A DNA stretch of 39,633 nt, taken from assembly GCA_030741225.1 (NCBI GenBank), contig JASLVU010000001.1:1-39633 (forward strand), written 5' to 3'. Source of the DNA: Candidatus Poseidoniaceae archaeon. Its GTDB lineage: Archaea; Thermoplasmatota; Poseidoniia; Poseidoniales; Poseidoniaceae. The position numbers and the translations under genes were made by a program. The number at the start of each line of letters is the position of its first letter. The stretch's first letter is position 1. The notes beneath the pieces were generated by a model that did no database searches, was not told the origin of the DNA, and was given only the letters and a program-made list of their open reading frames with translations. Below, one piece after another: positions 8,871 through 17,157 of the stretch.

Positions 8871-10007
8871 ATGGCGCGTGTACTGGTGATAGGAGCCGGG
8901 CTAGCGGGCCTAGCATGTGCGTTGGAGGCAACCACGGCCGGACATCATGTCGTGGTACTGGAAAGATCGTCTCGTATAGGTGGCCGTGGAACTTCTCAAA
9001 ATATCGATGGATTGCCTATAGGGTTTGGACCCCATCTGTTCTTGAAAAAAGGCCCACTGCACAACCTTGCTCGGAAATTAAGTGGAATCAAAATGAAAGT
9101 ATCTCCGATACAACTTCATCGTACCGAAATTATTGGTAGCGGAATTGTTTGTCCGACCGACAATACTCGATTGTCACTGGAACGCAAGAGATTACTGAGG
9201 AATGGAGGTTCGAACGACCCAATCGTTCAAGGGTGTCGATTTCTTTCTTGTTGGAACTCGCAACATTCTGGAGAAAGGTTTCATGCTCTTCAAAAAAGGA
9301 AACTCCTCGTCTCCAATGAAGGATGGGCGGGAATGGTTGGCAGATTAGCTGCAGCACTTGATGAAGTGGGCGTATTTATCGAGTGCGGACTTGAAGTGAC
9401 TCAGATTGACGGTGAAAAAGCAACTCTCTCAGACGGGAGAGATATTGAAGTCGATGCAATTGTATTGGCTTGTGGGCCTGCAGCGACGCGAAAGTTAGTG
9501 CGGTCATTAGACGCTGAACAATGCGATAGCGTTTTTTCAAAATTGGAAAGGACTACTGCGAGTTTTATTGAAGTGGGTCTCGACTCGAAACCATTGCTCG
9601 GAAAACAGGCTGTAGTTGATGTAGAACAACGATTTGCTGTTTTGGACTATCGTGCAATTCAACCACGGCTCGGGCTTGAAGGGAGCCATCTTTCTGCGGT
9701 TGCTGTAGGGGGATTGGCCGGAGACATCGGACCGACTTTGTATTCTTCTGCAAACGAACGGTTAGAGGCCCTTAGGTTGTTTTTGAATCAAAGGGCTGCT
9801 GGTTGGGACAAACACATCGTTCATCAATCTCAACAAGAAAAAATAACGGTTTTAGATTCTGGAGGTTTTCAAATTCCGCAAAATGCATTTGCTAATCACA
9901 AGGTTCTGCTTGCGGGTGCTTGGGTAGAAAGTGAACACGAGCTTTCCGATGCAGCAGTATTCAGCGGACGTTCTGCTGGCCGTTTGATTTCATCCCTCAT
10001 CGATTGA
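8871..10007 (+). CDS. FAD/NAD(P)-binding oxidoreductase (amine-oxidase/phytoene-desaturase-like flavoprotein); substrate unknown
   Basis: The N-terminus has a Rossmann dinucleotide-binding motif, MARVLVIGAGLAGLACALE...HHVVVLERSSRIGGR. 378 aa. Its stop overlaps the longest-ORF start of the next gene. Confidence 0.6.
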   Translation: MARVLVIGAGLAGLACALEATTAGHHVVVLERSSRIGGRGTSQNIDGLPIGFGPHLFLKKGPLHNLARKLSGIKMKVSPIQLHRTEIIGSGIVCPTDNTRLSLERKRLLRNGGSNDPIVQGCRFLSCWNSQHSGERFHALQKRKLLVSNEGWAGMVGRLAAALDEVGVFIECGLEVTQIDGEKATLSDGRDIEVDAIVLACGPAATRKLVRSLDAEQCDSVFSKLERTTASFIEVGLDSKPLLGKQAVVDVEQRFAVLDYRAIQPRLGLEGSHLSAVAVGGLAGDIGPTLYSSANERLEALRLFLNQRAAGWDKHIVHQSQQEKITVLDSGGFQIPQNAFANHKVLLAGAWVESEHELSDAAVFSGRSAGRLISSLID

Positions 10008-10039
10008 ATGCTTATCCACCGGCTACCGCTGGGAGTAAT

Positions 10040-10819
10040 ATGCGATTCGTATCGTGGAACGTAAACGGTATTCGAGCCGCTATTCGCAAAGGAATAGATG
10101 GGTACTTTCAATCGATGGATGCAGACGTCATCATGTTGCAAGAAGTTCGTGCTCTTCCCGAACAATTGCCCAAAGGATGGTCGTGGCCCGATGGCTACGA
10201 AGTGAAACTGCACTGTGCGGAAAAGAAAGGTTATTCTGGAGTTGCAACACTCTCTCGAAATGGATTTGAAAACATAAGTCGGGGAAAAGGCGGTCAAATC
10301 GATTCTGACGATTCAGAAGGGCGAGTTCTAGTTACTGAACACTCGGGTTTCACATGCATCAACACATACCTGCCCAGTGGTTCAAACAAAGCAGAGCGTC
10401 AAGAATTCAAAGAAGCTTGGATGAAGGAATGGAGGGCGTTTATCAAACCTTACTTGGCATCGGAAAGTCCCGTTGTCGTGTGCGGAGATTTGAACATCGC
10501 ACATACTGAGGACGATATCTGGAATCCAAAAGGAAATGCAAAATCGAGTGGATTCTTGCCTCAGGAAAGGGAATGGTTTACTCAACTGCTCTCCGATGGC
10601 TGGCACGATGCTTTTCGAGGGCATGTTGGCGAAGGTGAGAAAATATACTCCTGGTGGTCAAATCGTGGGCAAGCACGAGCGCTTAATCGCGGATGGAGAA
10701 TAGATTACTTTTTGCTCAATCCGGTAGCAGCAGCGATGATAAAAGATGTTCAAATCATTCGCCAAGGTGGAATCGATGTATCGGATCACGCACCGGTAAT
10801 ATTGGATTTAGATTTCTAA
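10040..10819 (+). CDS. xth: Exodeoxyribonuclease III / AP endonuclease
   Basis: Lies in ORF 10004..10819. The ATG at 10040 gives MRFVSWNVNGIRAAIRKG. EEP-nuclease blocks are present: MLQEV, GDLNIAHTEDDIWNP, WRIDYFL and SDHAPVILDL. Confidence 0.85.
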   Translation: MRFVSWNVNGIRAAIRKGIDGYFQSMDADVIMLQEVRALPEQLPKGWSWPDGYEVKLHCAEKKGYSGVATLSRNGFENISRGKGGQIDSDDSEGRVLVTEHSGFTCINTYLPSGSNKAERQEFKEAWMKEWRAFIKPYLASESPVVVCGDLNIAHTEDDIWNPKGNAKSSGFLPQEREWFTQLLSDGWHDAFRGHVGEGEKIYSWWSNRGQARALNRGWRIDYFLLNPVAAAMIKDVQIIRQGGIDVSDHAPVILDLDF

Positions 10820-11037
10820 CCGCCTTCCTCGATTTCAGCAAATTGAATCAGCAGCGCGTCAACAATATCTCTCAATTCTTGTAAATTGGAATGTTGAACT
10901 GTGACGGAGACAAACATTTCACCGTTTTCCTCTTGAGTGAAAAATTCGCAATGTGGCTGGTTTGAAGCATGTATGATTTGTTCAGCGATTCGGGAGTTGC
11001 CTCTCCATTGTATGGTCGCTTCGTGCACCTCGTCCAT
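10816..11037 (-). CDS. Small hypothetical protein (73 aa), possibly with a Pcc1/KEOPS-like fold
   Basis: It fills an otherwise empty 266-bp gap between xth and hflX, on the opposite strand. Composition is protein-like and suggests a beta-alpha-beta-beta-alpha pattern (ATIQWRG-SRIAEQIIHAS-EMFVSVTVQ-NLQELRDIVDALLIQFAEIEE), reminiscent of Pcc1. The assignment is tentative. Confidence 0.3.
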   Translation of the reverse strand: MDEVHEATIQWRGNSRIAEQIIHASNQPHCEFFTQEENGEMFVSVTVQHSNLQELRDIVDALLIQFAEIEEGG

Positions 11038-11085
11038 ACACGTTCGAAGAGGTGGGCTATTATGAGGATAACGAGTGGGTTGTGC

Positions 11086-12492
11086 ATGGCGAAGTCAAGC
11101 GACGACATTTCTGTTCTCGCAGGCACGGGTGGTGTAGTTCTTGGAGAGGCTCGCACGAATCATGAAGGAAGAAAAGCAGTTCTGTTGATTCGGGGTGATG
11201 AAGACACTTCCGAGTTTGTCGCATTGGTAGAAACAATGGGAATTACTATTGTTGAAACATTACATCAACCGGGAATTGAAGACCCAAGAGGGTACTTTGG
11301 TAAAGGTCGACTTCAAGATGTGGCCGACGAACTTTCCAGTCGCGTCCAAGGACATCCTTGGCAGAATGTTGACCTGGTCTTGATGCACACCAACGCTTCA
11401 CCAAGGCAGCTCGTAGGAGTCAGCTCTGCGGTGGAAATCGAAGTTTGGGATAGGGTTCGTTTGTTGTTGTCTTTGTTCACCTCACATGCTTCGTCACTTG
11501 AGGCTCGGTTGCAGGTGCGTATTGCACGAATGCTCAGCGATCGAACCGTATTGAGGGAGTTAGCGAATCAACAAACAACTGGAGAAAGAGCGGGGTACGG
11601 TGGAGGCGGAATTACGGCATTACAGGCCACGATTGCCAACATCAATCGAGAATTGGTTCAACTCCGAAAGCGGCAGAAAAAACACGCAGTCGCTCAATCT
11701 GAACGGCGAAAACAGCGTTCACGAAGTGGAGCCGTTACTGTTGGTTTGGCCGGATACACAAATGCTGGGAAATCAAGTTTATTCCTGGCATTGTCTGGTA
11801 AAGATGTCTTGGTCAGGGATAAATTGTTTTCCACATTAGAAACAACGATTGGGAGAATGGAGGATAGTCCCCGGGTCTTGCTTGCGGATACTATCGGATT
11901 TATCGATCATCTTCCAAGTTCTACACTGGACGCTTTTCGAGCGACTCTAGCTGAAGCACTTGAGTGCGATTTGTTGCTTATTCTCTCCGACGTGAGCGAT
12001 GCTCCTGAGGAATTGGAAAGGAAGTTGTTCACATCCCGAAATGAAATTTTTTCTCGGTTCTACGGTGAAGAAATCGAGGATGATTTCCCATGGAATTCCA
12101 ACGAGACTTCAAATGTTCAGAAGGTTCTTACCGTACTTACCAAAAAAGACCAAGCTACAGAGATGCAGCTCGATGAAGCAATCGCAACTGTGGCTGCATT
12201 AGGGCTCCCGGAACCCCTGATTATCTCATCCCATACTGGTGAAGGAATGAAGTTGCTTAAAGACGCTATTTTGTTGAAACTCTACGGGCCTCAAACCAAC
12301 TTATTGCTCCTACCTGTCCCTCCCGAAGGTGGAAGAGCCGTTGAAGGATTGGTGGCGGATGTTTATGAGGCTGGGTTGGTGTCCAAAAGAATCGAAAGAG
12401 ATGATGGTGGGGTAGAAATGCGAGTTTGGATGAACGAACAATCACTTTCTCGACTTTTAGCTCATTCCAAAAATCGCATTGAAGTGAAGTAG
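11086..12492 (+). CDS. hflX: GTPase HflX
   Basis: Lies in ORF 10969..12492. The likely start is the ATG at 11086 (MAKSSDD), with an alternative at 11062. It has an HflX N-terminal domain (GRKAVLLIRGDED...YFGKGRLQDVADEL), a coiled linker, and the GTPase motifs G1 GLAGYTNAGKSSLF, G3 LADTIGFI and G4 LTKKD. Confidence 0.85.
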   Translation: MAKSSDDISVLAGTGGVVLGEARTNHEGRKAVLLIRGDEDTSEFVALVETMGITIVETLHQPGIEDPRGYFGKGRLQDVADELSSRVQGHPWQNVDLVLMHTNASPRQLVGVSSAVEIEVWDRVRLLLSLFTSHASSLEARLQVRIARMLSDRTVLRELANQQTTGERAGYGGGGITALQATIANINRELVQLRKRQKKHAVAQSERRKQRSRSGAVTVGLAGYTNAGKSSLFLALSGKDVLVRDKLFSTLETTIGRMEDSPRVLLADTIGFIDHLPSSTLDAFRATLAEALECDLLLILSDVSDAPEELERKLFTSRNEIFSRFYGEEIEDDFPWNSNETSNVQKVLTVLTKKDQATEMQLDEAIATVAALGLPEPLIISSHTGEGMKLLKDAILLKLYGPQTNLLLLPVPPEGGRAVEGLVADVYEAGLVSKRIERDDGGVEMRVWMNEQSLSRLLAHSKNRIEVK

Positions 12493-12512
12493 GTCAAGGG
12501 CATAGCACCTAC

Positions 12513-13433
12513 ATGGCCGGTGCAGATGAGGCTGTTTCTGCTGACGAAGCAGGAATGCCAAATTACATTGACGAACTCACTGGTCTTGCCGAGCCAAAAC
12601 AGGACATGATGTTCTCCACTTCAACCACATTACTCACGCGACCTGACCCCAAAATGCACCCAATGGGTCAAGCGATTGGCGTCTTTTTGCTGTTCATTTG
12701 CTTACTGGGTTTCTTGAACGGTGTGGATTATGCCTCGCCAAATTCAGGATTGGTGCAACCAGATGATTTTGTGTACCGGCTCTCTCTCACCGCACCCGAT
12801 GAAACTGCGACCTTCCGAGGCGTAGTGTACAGTGATGAGAATAAACCACTGGAAAATGCAACCGTTTACATTTCTTGGGACGATGGGGGGTTTTGGAATT
12901 CATCGGAAGTACTCACAGATAAGAATGGATACTATACTTTTGAAAGATTGGACCCCGGACTTGCCCGAGTCGATATTATTGTCGAACGGGATGGTTTTCG
13001 GGATGTTTTTTCTAATCGGGTGCTTCTCTCGCCCCCTGCACTGATTGAACCGATAGGATTCACGACCATCGACTTTGTTGTTCCATCCCAAGAGGTGTTT
13101 GATGCTCAGCCTTGTTCAAACGGTGCTGAGGAATGTGAAATTCGCTATGTAGACTACACTCCGGAACAAAAGGAGAACCCTCTCATGGACTCGGGTGCTA
13201 AAACCATCTACATCTCGATTGGATTCGGTTTTATGGGGCTGGCACTTATTGCGACTGGATTCACCGTTTGGGCCATGAAAAATGGTTCAATCCTGGTGTT
13301 ACGTACCGCTGCAGGACTGTCTTTTTTTACCGTGGGGCATTATTACACCGCGTGTTGCTTTGGAATCGTAGCTTTTGTACTCACGTTCGCTGTTCCAAAA
13401 AGATACATTCCGATGAATGAGCCATTCCTGTGA
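12513..13433 (+). CDS. Membrane protein with a carboxypeptidase-regulatory-like beta-sandwich ectodomain
   Basis: ATG at 12513. An N-terminal TM (AIGVFLLFICLLGFL) is followed by the segment FRGVVYSDENKPLENATVYISWDD...LTDKNGYYTFERLDPGLARVDII, typical of CarboxypepD_reg-like folds. Three C-terminal TM helices follow. Confidence 0.55.
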   Translation: MAGADEAVSADEAGMPNYIDELTGLAEPKQDMMFSTSTTLLTRPDPKMHPMGQAIGVFLLFICLLGFLNGVDYASPNSGLVQPDDFVYRLSLTAPDETATFRGVVYSDENKPLENATVYISWDDGGFWNSSEVLTDKNGYYTFERLDPGLARVDIIVERDGFRDVFSNRVLLSPPALIEPIGFTTIDFVVPSQEVFDAQPCSNGAEECEIRYVDYTPEQKENPLMDSGAKTIYISIGFGFMGLALIATGFTVWAMKNGSILVLRTAAGLSFFTVGHYYTACCFGIVAFVLTFAVPKRYIPMNEPFL

Positions 13434-13494
13434 TGCAGGATGTATTGATGCGAACACCCCGTTGACTTAAGGGGTCACGGCCCAACAGAGGCTC

Positions 13495-14565
13495 ATGGAC
13501 CTCTTTACCGCAGCGTGGATGACGAGGTCTATGGATGAGGCTGTCGCAGCAGTTTTTCTGGACGAGGATGAGCAATTGTTTGCCGGTGGATGGAATGGCA
13601 GATTTAAACACTGGAATGCTGAAGGGGATCTACTTTGGTCAACTCAATTGAATGACAGGATTTCAGTTATTTTTCGGAAAGGCGACCATGTATTCGCCAC
13701 GGCAGGTCTCCATGTGACGTGTCTGCAGGCCAACACTGGGGAGAAAGTATGGAGTTATGCTCTTGAAGGCAGTGCCGATTCTCTCATTTTGTATGGGAAA
13801 AAAATGTATGCCATTTCCTCAGTATACGACATTGAGCACAATGATTTCTTGGAATCTGCAATATGGTGTTTCTCTTTTGATGGAACGCTTGAGTGGGTGC
13901 ACAAGATGGATGAGCGTCCATGGGTTGCTCTTGAATTTGAAAACCATTTATTGTTCGGTCTCGGGAGGCCAAAATGCGGACTGCTCAAATTGAACGAGGA
14001 TGAAGAACGGTTGCATATCAGCACCAATGTTGATTCTCCAATTACAAGCGGTTCGTCCTCGTCTGAACGAGTGTTGTTCGGACATGCAGATGGGACGGTT
14101 TCCAATGCAAAAGGTGATGTCGTACATATCGAAGATGCAAGTATTGAGGATATACGAACGCTCAAAGAGGGTTATGTTGTTGCTCTAGAAAACGGTGAAT
14201 TGGTTCGTAGAATTGACGCGGAAAAGGTGTGGTCGTTCGAAGGGGAACTCGTTACAATTCAAGCAGTTGGATTCACTTTTGATGGAGAAGATACGCATTG
14301 GAGTGGCCGTTGGTCGGGCTCGAATGGTGAATTGCAAGTTCGTAATTGTGATACTGGCGAACTGCTCGCCGAAGAATCTTGTACACGTTGCGAAAGTGTT
14401 TCAGCAACGGCGAACCGTGTTGCGGTCGGTTTTCAAAATGGACAAATTCATGTTTGGGAAGCTGGAATGTTTGAAAGAAGATTGCGCAACAAGAATGCTG
14501 AACAAAAGCAAAGTGTCCGTCATTCTGATTTACAAAACAAATTACGCGCTCTACGTGAACGGTGA
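13495..14565 (+). CDS. Beta-propeller repeat protein (PQQ/WD40-like), apparently cytoplasmic, with a basic coiled C-terminal tail
   Basis: ATG at 13495 with no signal peptide. Strand-turn motifs recur: GGWNGRFKHWNAEGDLLWS, CLQANTGEKVWSYAL, FSFDGTLEWV, VGFQNGQIHVWEAG. The C-terminus reads RRLRNKNAEQKQSVRHSDLQNKLRALRER. Confidence 0.55.
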   Translation: MDLFTAAWMTRSMDEAVAAVFLDEDEQLFAGGWNGRFKHWNAEGDLLWSTQLNDRISVIFRKGDHVFATAGLHVTCLQANTGEKVWSYALEGSADSLILYGKKMYAISSVYDIEHNDFLESAIWCFSFDGTLEWVHKMDERPWVALEFENHLLFGLGRPKCGLLKLNEDEERLHISTNVDSPITSGSSSSERVLFGHADGTVSNAKGDVVHIEDASIEDIRTLKEGYVVALENGELVRRIDAEKVWSFEGELVTIQAVGFTFDGEDTHWSGRWSGSNGELQVRNCDTGELLAEESCTRCESVSATANRVAVGFQNGQIHVWEAGMFERRLRNKNAEQKQSVRHSDLQNKLRALRER

Positions 14566-14570
14566 AAATG

Positions 14571-15410
14571 TCAATCTGAATCCCAAACGCTGACTGGCGT
14601 GTCTGCGACACTGCTGGAATCAATATCTGCTCCAACCGTATACTGGGGCTGCTGTTGCACTGGCATTTGACCCATTTGTTGGCCTTGTGACGGCATCATG
14701 CCTTGCTGGGGCATCATCATGCCCTGTTGAGGCATCATACCCTGCTGAGGCATGTATCCCGTCATCGGGGTTGGTTTTCCACCCGTTAATGCACCAACAA
14801 GGACAAGAATAAATCCAAAACCGCAACAACATGTTCCAGCGGTACTCAAAAGGCCGCTTCCTAGGATGCCCAATATTCCGTCAACATATTGCAGATCATG
14901 GCTGTCTTTGTCAAATACATAAAGCGGAGTATCGCTCTCAATGGTGTACTTCTCGCCTATTGAGCATGTGTAAGGGACTTCATCGGTAGAATCAATTGTT
15001 GCACAAGCATATCCAAAGACAATTCGTCCATCATCCTCTATTGGGTCGGCCCACTCGTTTTTCCATTCATTAGTAGTAGCGCAAATTATGTGTCCAGCCT
15101 CGCCCATGACGTCGTTTCCACTTGAATCTGTAATGGTAAACGTCACATCCTCACAGGCATCGGTTTGCCCATTTTCATCAGCATCTCCATACTCGCCGTC
15201 CATCATGATATACCATCCCCCAGAGCCTTGACCGTCGTCATCTGTGAACGTATAGGTGAACGAAGTTCTTGGGCCTTCAATATAATCTTCAATCTCTACA
15301 TTTTCGATGTCTTCAATCCCTTGTGCGCCTGTATTCCAAGCGAGTCCAAATGATGCTAGAGCAAGCAATACAAAGATGCCACCGACAATTAGAACGGGCT
15401 TATTTGCCAT
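14571..15410 (-). CDS. Bitopic or two-TM surface protein with an acidic ectodomain and a Gln/Met/Pro-rich repeat tail
   Basis: ATG at 15410. It has an N-terminal signal anchor (KPVLIVGGIFVLLALASFGLAW), a Cys-containing acidic ectodomain and a second TM (CCCGFGFILVLVGALTGG). The tail reads MPQQGMMPQQGMMMPQQGMMPSQGQQMGQMPVQQQPQ. Confidence 0.55.
   Translation of the reverse strand: MANKPVLIVGGIFVLLALASFGLAWNTGAQGIEDIENVEIEDYIEGPRTSFTYTFTDDDGQGSGGWYIMMDGEYGDADENGQTDACEDVTFTITDSSGNDVMGEAGHIICATTNEWKNEWADPIEDDGRIVFGYACATIDSTDEVPYTCSIGEKYTIESDTPLYVFDKDSHDLQYVDGILGILGSGLLSTAGTCCCGFGFILVLVGALTGGKPTPMTGYMPQQGMMPQQGMMMPQQGMMPSQGQQMGQMPVQQQPQYTVGADIDSSSVADTPVSVWDSD
14643..14765 (-). repeat. Imperfect tandem coding repeat (about 18 nt units) encoding (M)PQQGMM units
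   Basis: The plus strand shows reiterated catcatgccctgttgagg / catcataccctgctgagg / catgccttgctgggg units. The translation is a low-complexity Q/M/P/G tract at residues 216-256 of the 279-aa protein. Confidence 0.6.
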
Positions 15411-15430
15411 GAATGCGCCTAAGCATGAAG

Positions 15431-15470
15431 GTATTTAATGCAATAGGAGATATTGGAGCGATATATTTAT
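15431..15470. promoter_or_regulatory. Divergent promoter region with two AT-rich TATA-like boxes
   Basis: The 94-bp spacer separates divergent starts at 15410 (minus) and 15505 (plus). TTAAATAC on the minus strand (15431-15440) lies 21-30 nt from the minus ATG. ATATATTTAT (15461-15470) lies 35-44 nt from the plus ATG. This spacing fits short-leader or leaderless archaeal transcripts. Confidence 0.3.
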
Positions 15471-15504
15471 GATATCACAGTGTTAGCGATAATTGGTCAG
15501 AACC

Positions 15505-16443
15505 ATGCAGTCTATGCCGCCCCAACAAACAACCGTGAGCCTATCCGATGAAATCATGTTCAAGGATCGAGAAAAAACCACAATCAACGGATTCCTTGGA
15601 ATCGCCATTCATTGGCTTGCAGTTCCTGGACTCATTTTATTTCTCTTTGTGAGCTATGTATCTCCAATAACAGGCTTTGTAGGCGGTTTCTTGCAGTTGG
15701 CTTTGGCAATCTTATGGTTTCTGCAGTGGAACAGTTACCTCATCATCAATCCAAACGAGGCTCAAGCCTTGCAATTTTTCGGAAAATATGCCGGGACTGT
15801 TCAAAAAGAAGGTTTCCACTTTTTGATTAACCCATTGTATCAAAAGCAGAAAATTTCGTTCCGAATTCGAAACTTTGAATCTGCTAAACTCAAAGTTAAC
15901 GATGTGAATGCAAACCCAATCGAAATTGCAGCCGTTGTTGTATGGAAAGTCGTTGATGCCGCTGAAGCATTGTTCGAAGTAGACAACTATCATGGCTATG
16001 TCCAAATCCAGAGTGAAGCGGCATTGCGCGCTATGGCAACAAAGTACCCTTACGATATTATCGAAGACAAAGACATTGGCGGCGTAGCTCTTTCAAGCCA
16101 CCAAGAAGTCATTGCTCAAGAGTTGCAACTCTCTGTCGAGGCACGCCTCAAGCGAGCTGGAATTGAAGTTCTTGAAGCCCGCATCAGCCACCTTGCATAC
16201 TCTCAAGAAATCGCTCAGGCGATGTTGCGCCGTCAGCAAGCAAGTGCCGTTGTTGCAGCTCGAAGTGAAATTGTCAAAGGTGCAGTTGGAATGGTTGAAT
16301 TAGCACTTGAGCAGCTCAGTGACAAGAATATCATCGAACTTGATGAAGATAAGAAGGCAACTATGGTCAGCAACCTTTTGGTGGTCCTCTGTTCAGAAAC
16401 CGACACTACTCCGGTGGTGAACACTGGAACGCTTTACCAGTGA
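15505..16443 (+). CDS. SPFH/Band 7 (stomatin/prohibitin-like) membrane scaffold protein
   Basis: Lies in ORF 15493..16443; first ATG at 15505. Two N-terminal TM helices are followed by a typical SPFH core (NEAQALQFFGKYAGTVQKEGFHFLINPLY...IEIAAVVVWKVVDAAEALFEV...IQSEAALRAMATKY). The C-terminus is coiled (AQAMLRRQQASAVVAARSEIVKGAV). Confidence 0.8.
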   Translation: MQSMPPQQTTVSLSDEIMFKDREKTTINGFLGIAIHWLAVPGLILFLFVSYVSPITGFVGGFLQLALAILWFLQWNSYLIINPNEAQALQFFGKYAGTVQKEGFHFLINPLYQKQKISFRIRNFESAKLKVNDVNANPIEIAAVVVWKVVDAAEALFEVDNYHGYVQIQSEAALRAMATKYPYDIIEDKDIGGVALSSHQEVIAQELQLSVEARLKRAGIEVLEARISHLAYSQEIAQAMLRRQQASAVVAARSEIVKGAVGMVELALEQLSDKNIIELDEDKKATMVSNLLVVLCSETDTTPVVNTGTLYQ

Positions 16444-16455
16444 TGTGAGAACTTG

Positions 16456-16686
16456 ATGACCACAGGAGAGATTAGCCGCCTCGTCTTACCAATCGTAATT
16501 TCGGTGTTGTTGTTTGCTTACGCTGGCTATTGTTGGATTACGCAAAAAGTCCATGTTAGAGGCAAGGGCTGGAAAACAAAAGATGAAGCGCCGAAAACGT
16601 TCTATTTCACGGTTATAATCCTTGTACTCATAGGACTTGGTCAATTAGTGAGTACTGTTTTCTTTCATCTGAAATATCAGTGGTGA
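16456..16686 (+). CDS. Small two-TM membrane protein (76 aa)
   Basis: The ATG at 16456 is 12 nt after the SPFH stop. Two hydrophobic helices (LVLPIVISVLLFAYAGYCWI and FYFTVIILVLIGLGQLVSTVFF) flank a basic loop. No OB-fold, so it is not a canonical NfeD. Confidence 0.5.
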   Translation: MTTGEISRLVLPIVISVLLFAYAGYCWITQKVHVRGKGWKTKDEAPKTFYFTVIILVLIGLGQLVSTVFFHLKYQW

Positions 16687-16890
16687 ATGTTGATGGGTGA
16701 AACGAACGAGGGCATTCGAGGCGGGAAGGGGTCCGCCAAAAAAACAAAGCAGGAAAAGAAGAAAATTCTTCTTCGCCTCGACCCTACCTTGCATGAACAG
16801 TTGCGATTGTGGGCAGAACGTGATTTCCGCTCACTCAACTCCCAAATTGAGTTCTTACTCAAAAAATCTCTCAAAGGAAAGGAGGATTGA
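16687..16890 (+). CDS. Ribbon-helix-helix DNA-binding protein (Arc/MetJ family) with a Lys-rich N-terminal tail
   Basis: The ATG at 16687 directly abuts the upstream stop (16684-16686). KKILLRLDPTLHEQLRLWAERDFRSLNSQIEFLLKKSL fits the Arc-type RHH pattern: a beta strand, helix A, then S-x-N and helix B. Confidence 0.6.
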   Translation: MLMGETNEGIRGGKGSAKKTKQEKKKILLRLDPTLHEQLRLWAERDFRSLNSQIEFLLKKSLKGKED

Positions 16891-16894
16891 GTCT

Positions 16895-17149
16895 ATGCAA
16901 GAAAAACGGGGATTCTTTTCAACTTGGTTTGGCTTTAGCGGATGGCGCATCATGTCAGCAAAAGCTCAAATCTTTACACAAATCCTCTACAGGGTGATTT
17001 TTCTTTTCGGACTCGCCTGTCTTATCGTCGGATACGGTTACATCACCGGTTCAGAGCCGGGTGGATTGCCTCTAGCAGCAATGATTGTTGCTTGGTACCT
17101 TCTTTTCCAAGCGATGATCAATTTCATCTTTGTTGAAGGTTCAAGATGA
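16895..17149 (+). CDS. Small two-TM membrane protein (84 aa)
   Basis: The ATG at 16895 is 4 nt after the RHH stop and is preceded by GGAGG at 16881-16885. The product is MQEKRGFFSTWFGFSGW...VIFLFGLACLIVGYGYI...LPLAAMIVAWYLLFQAMINFIFV. The upstream part of track ORF 16697..17149 overlaps the RHH gene out of frame and is discounted. Confidence 0.45.
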   Translation: MQEKRGFFSTWFGFSGWRIMSAKAQIFTQILYRVIFLFGLACLIVGYGYITGSEPGGLPLAAMIVAWYLLFQAMINFIFVEGSR

Positions 17150-17157
17150 TACTAGGG

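Noticed and set aside
8085-8935. Minus-strand ORFs 8085..8567 (160 aa) and 8552..8935 (127 aa) overlapping guaA, and the 20-residue N-terminal extension of guaA to 8829
   Set aside because: The two ORFs are out of frame with the clearly conserved GATase gene. The extension (MVSPACSSFFDCTAPITGVS) precedes the conserved MNDKPLVIDV start and would consume the divergent promoter spacer.
16697-16894. Upstream two-thirds of track ORF 16697..17149 (MKRTRAFEAGRGPPKKQSRKRRK...)
   Set aside because: It overlaps the RHH gene in a different frame. The RHH frame has a clear Arc-family pattern. Only the part from the ATG at 16895, which is preceded by GGAGG, is kept.
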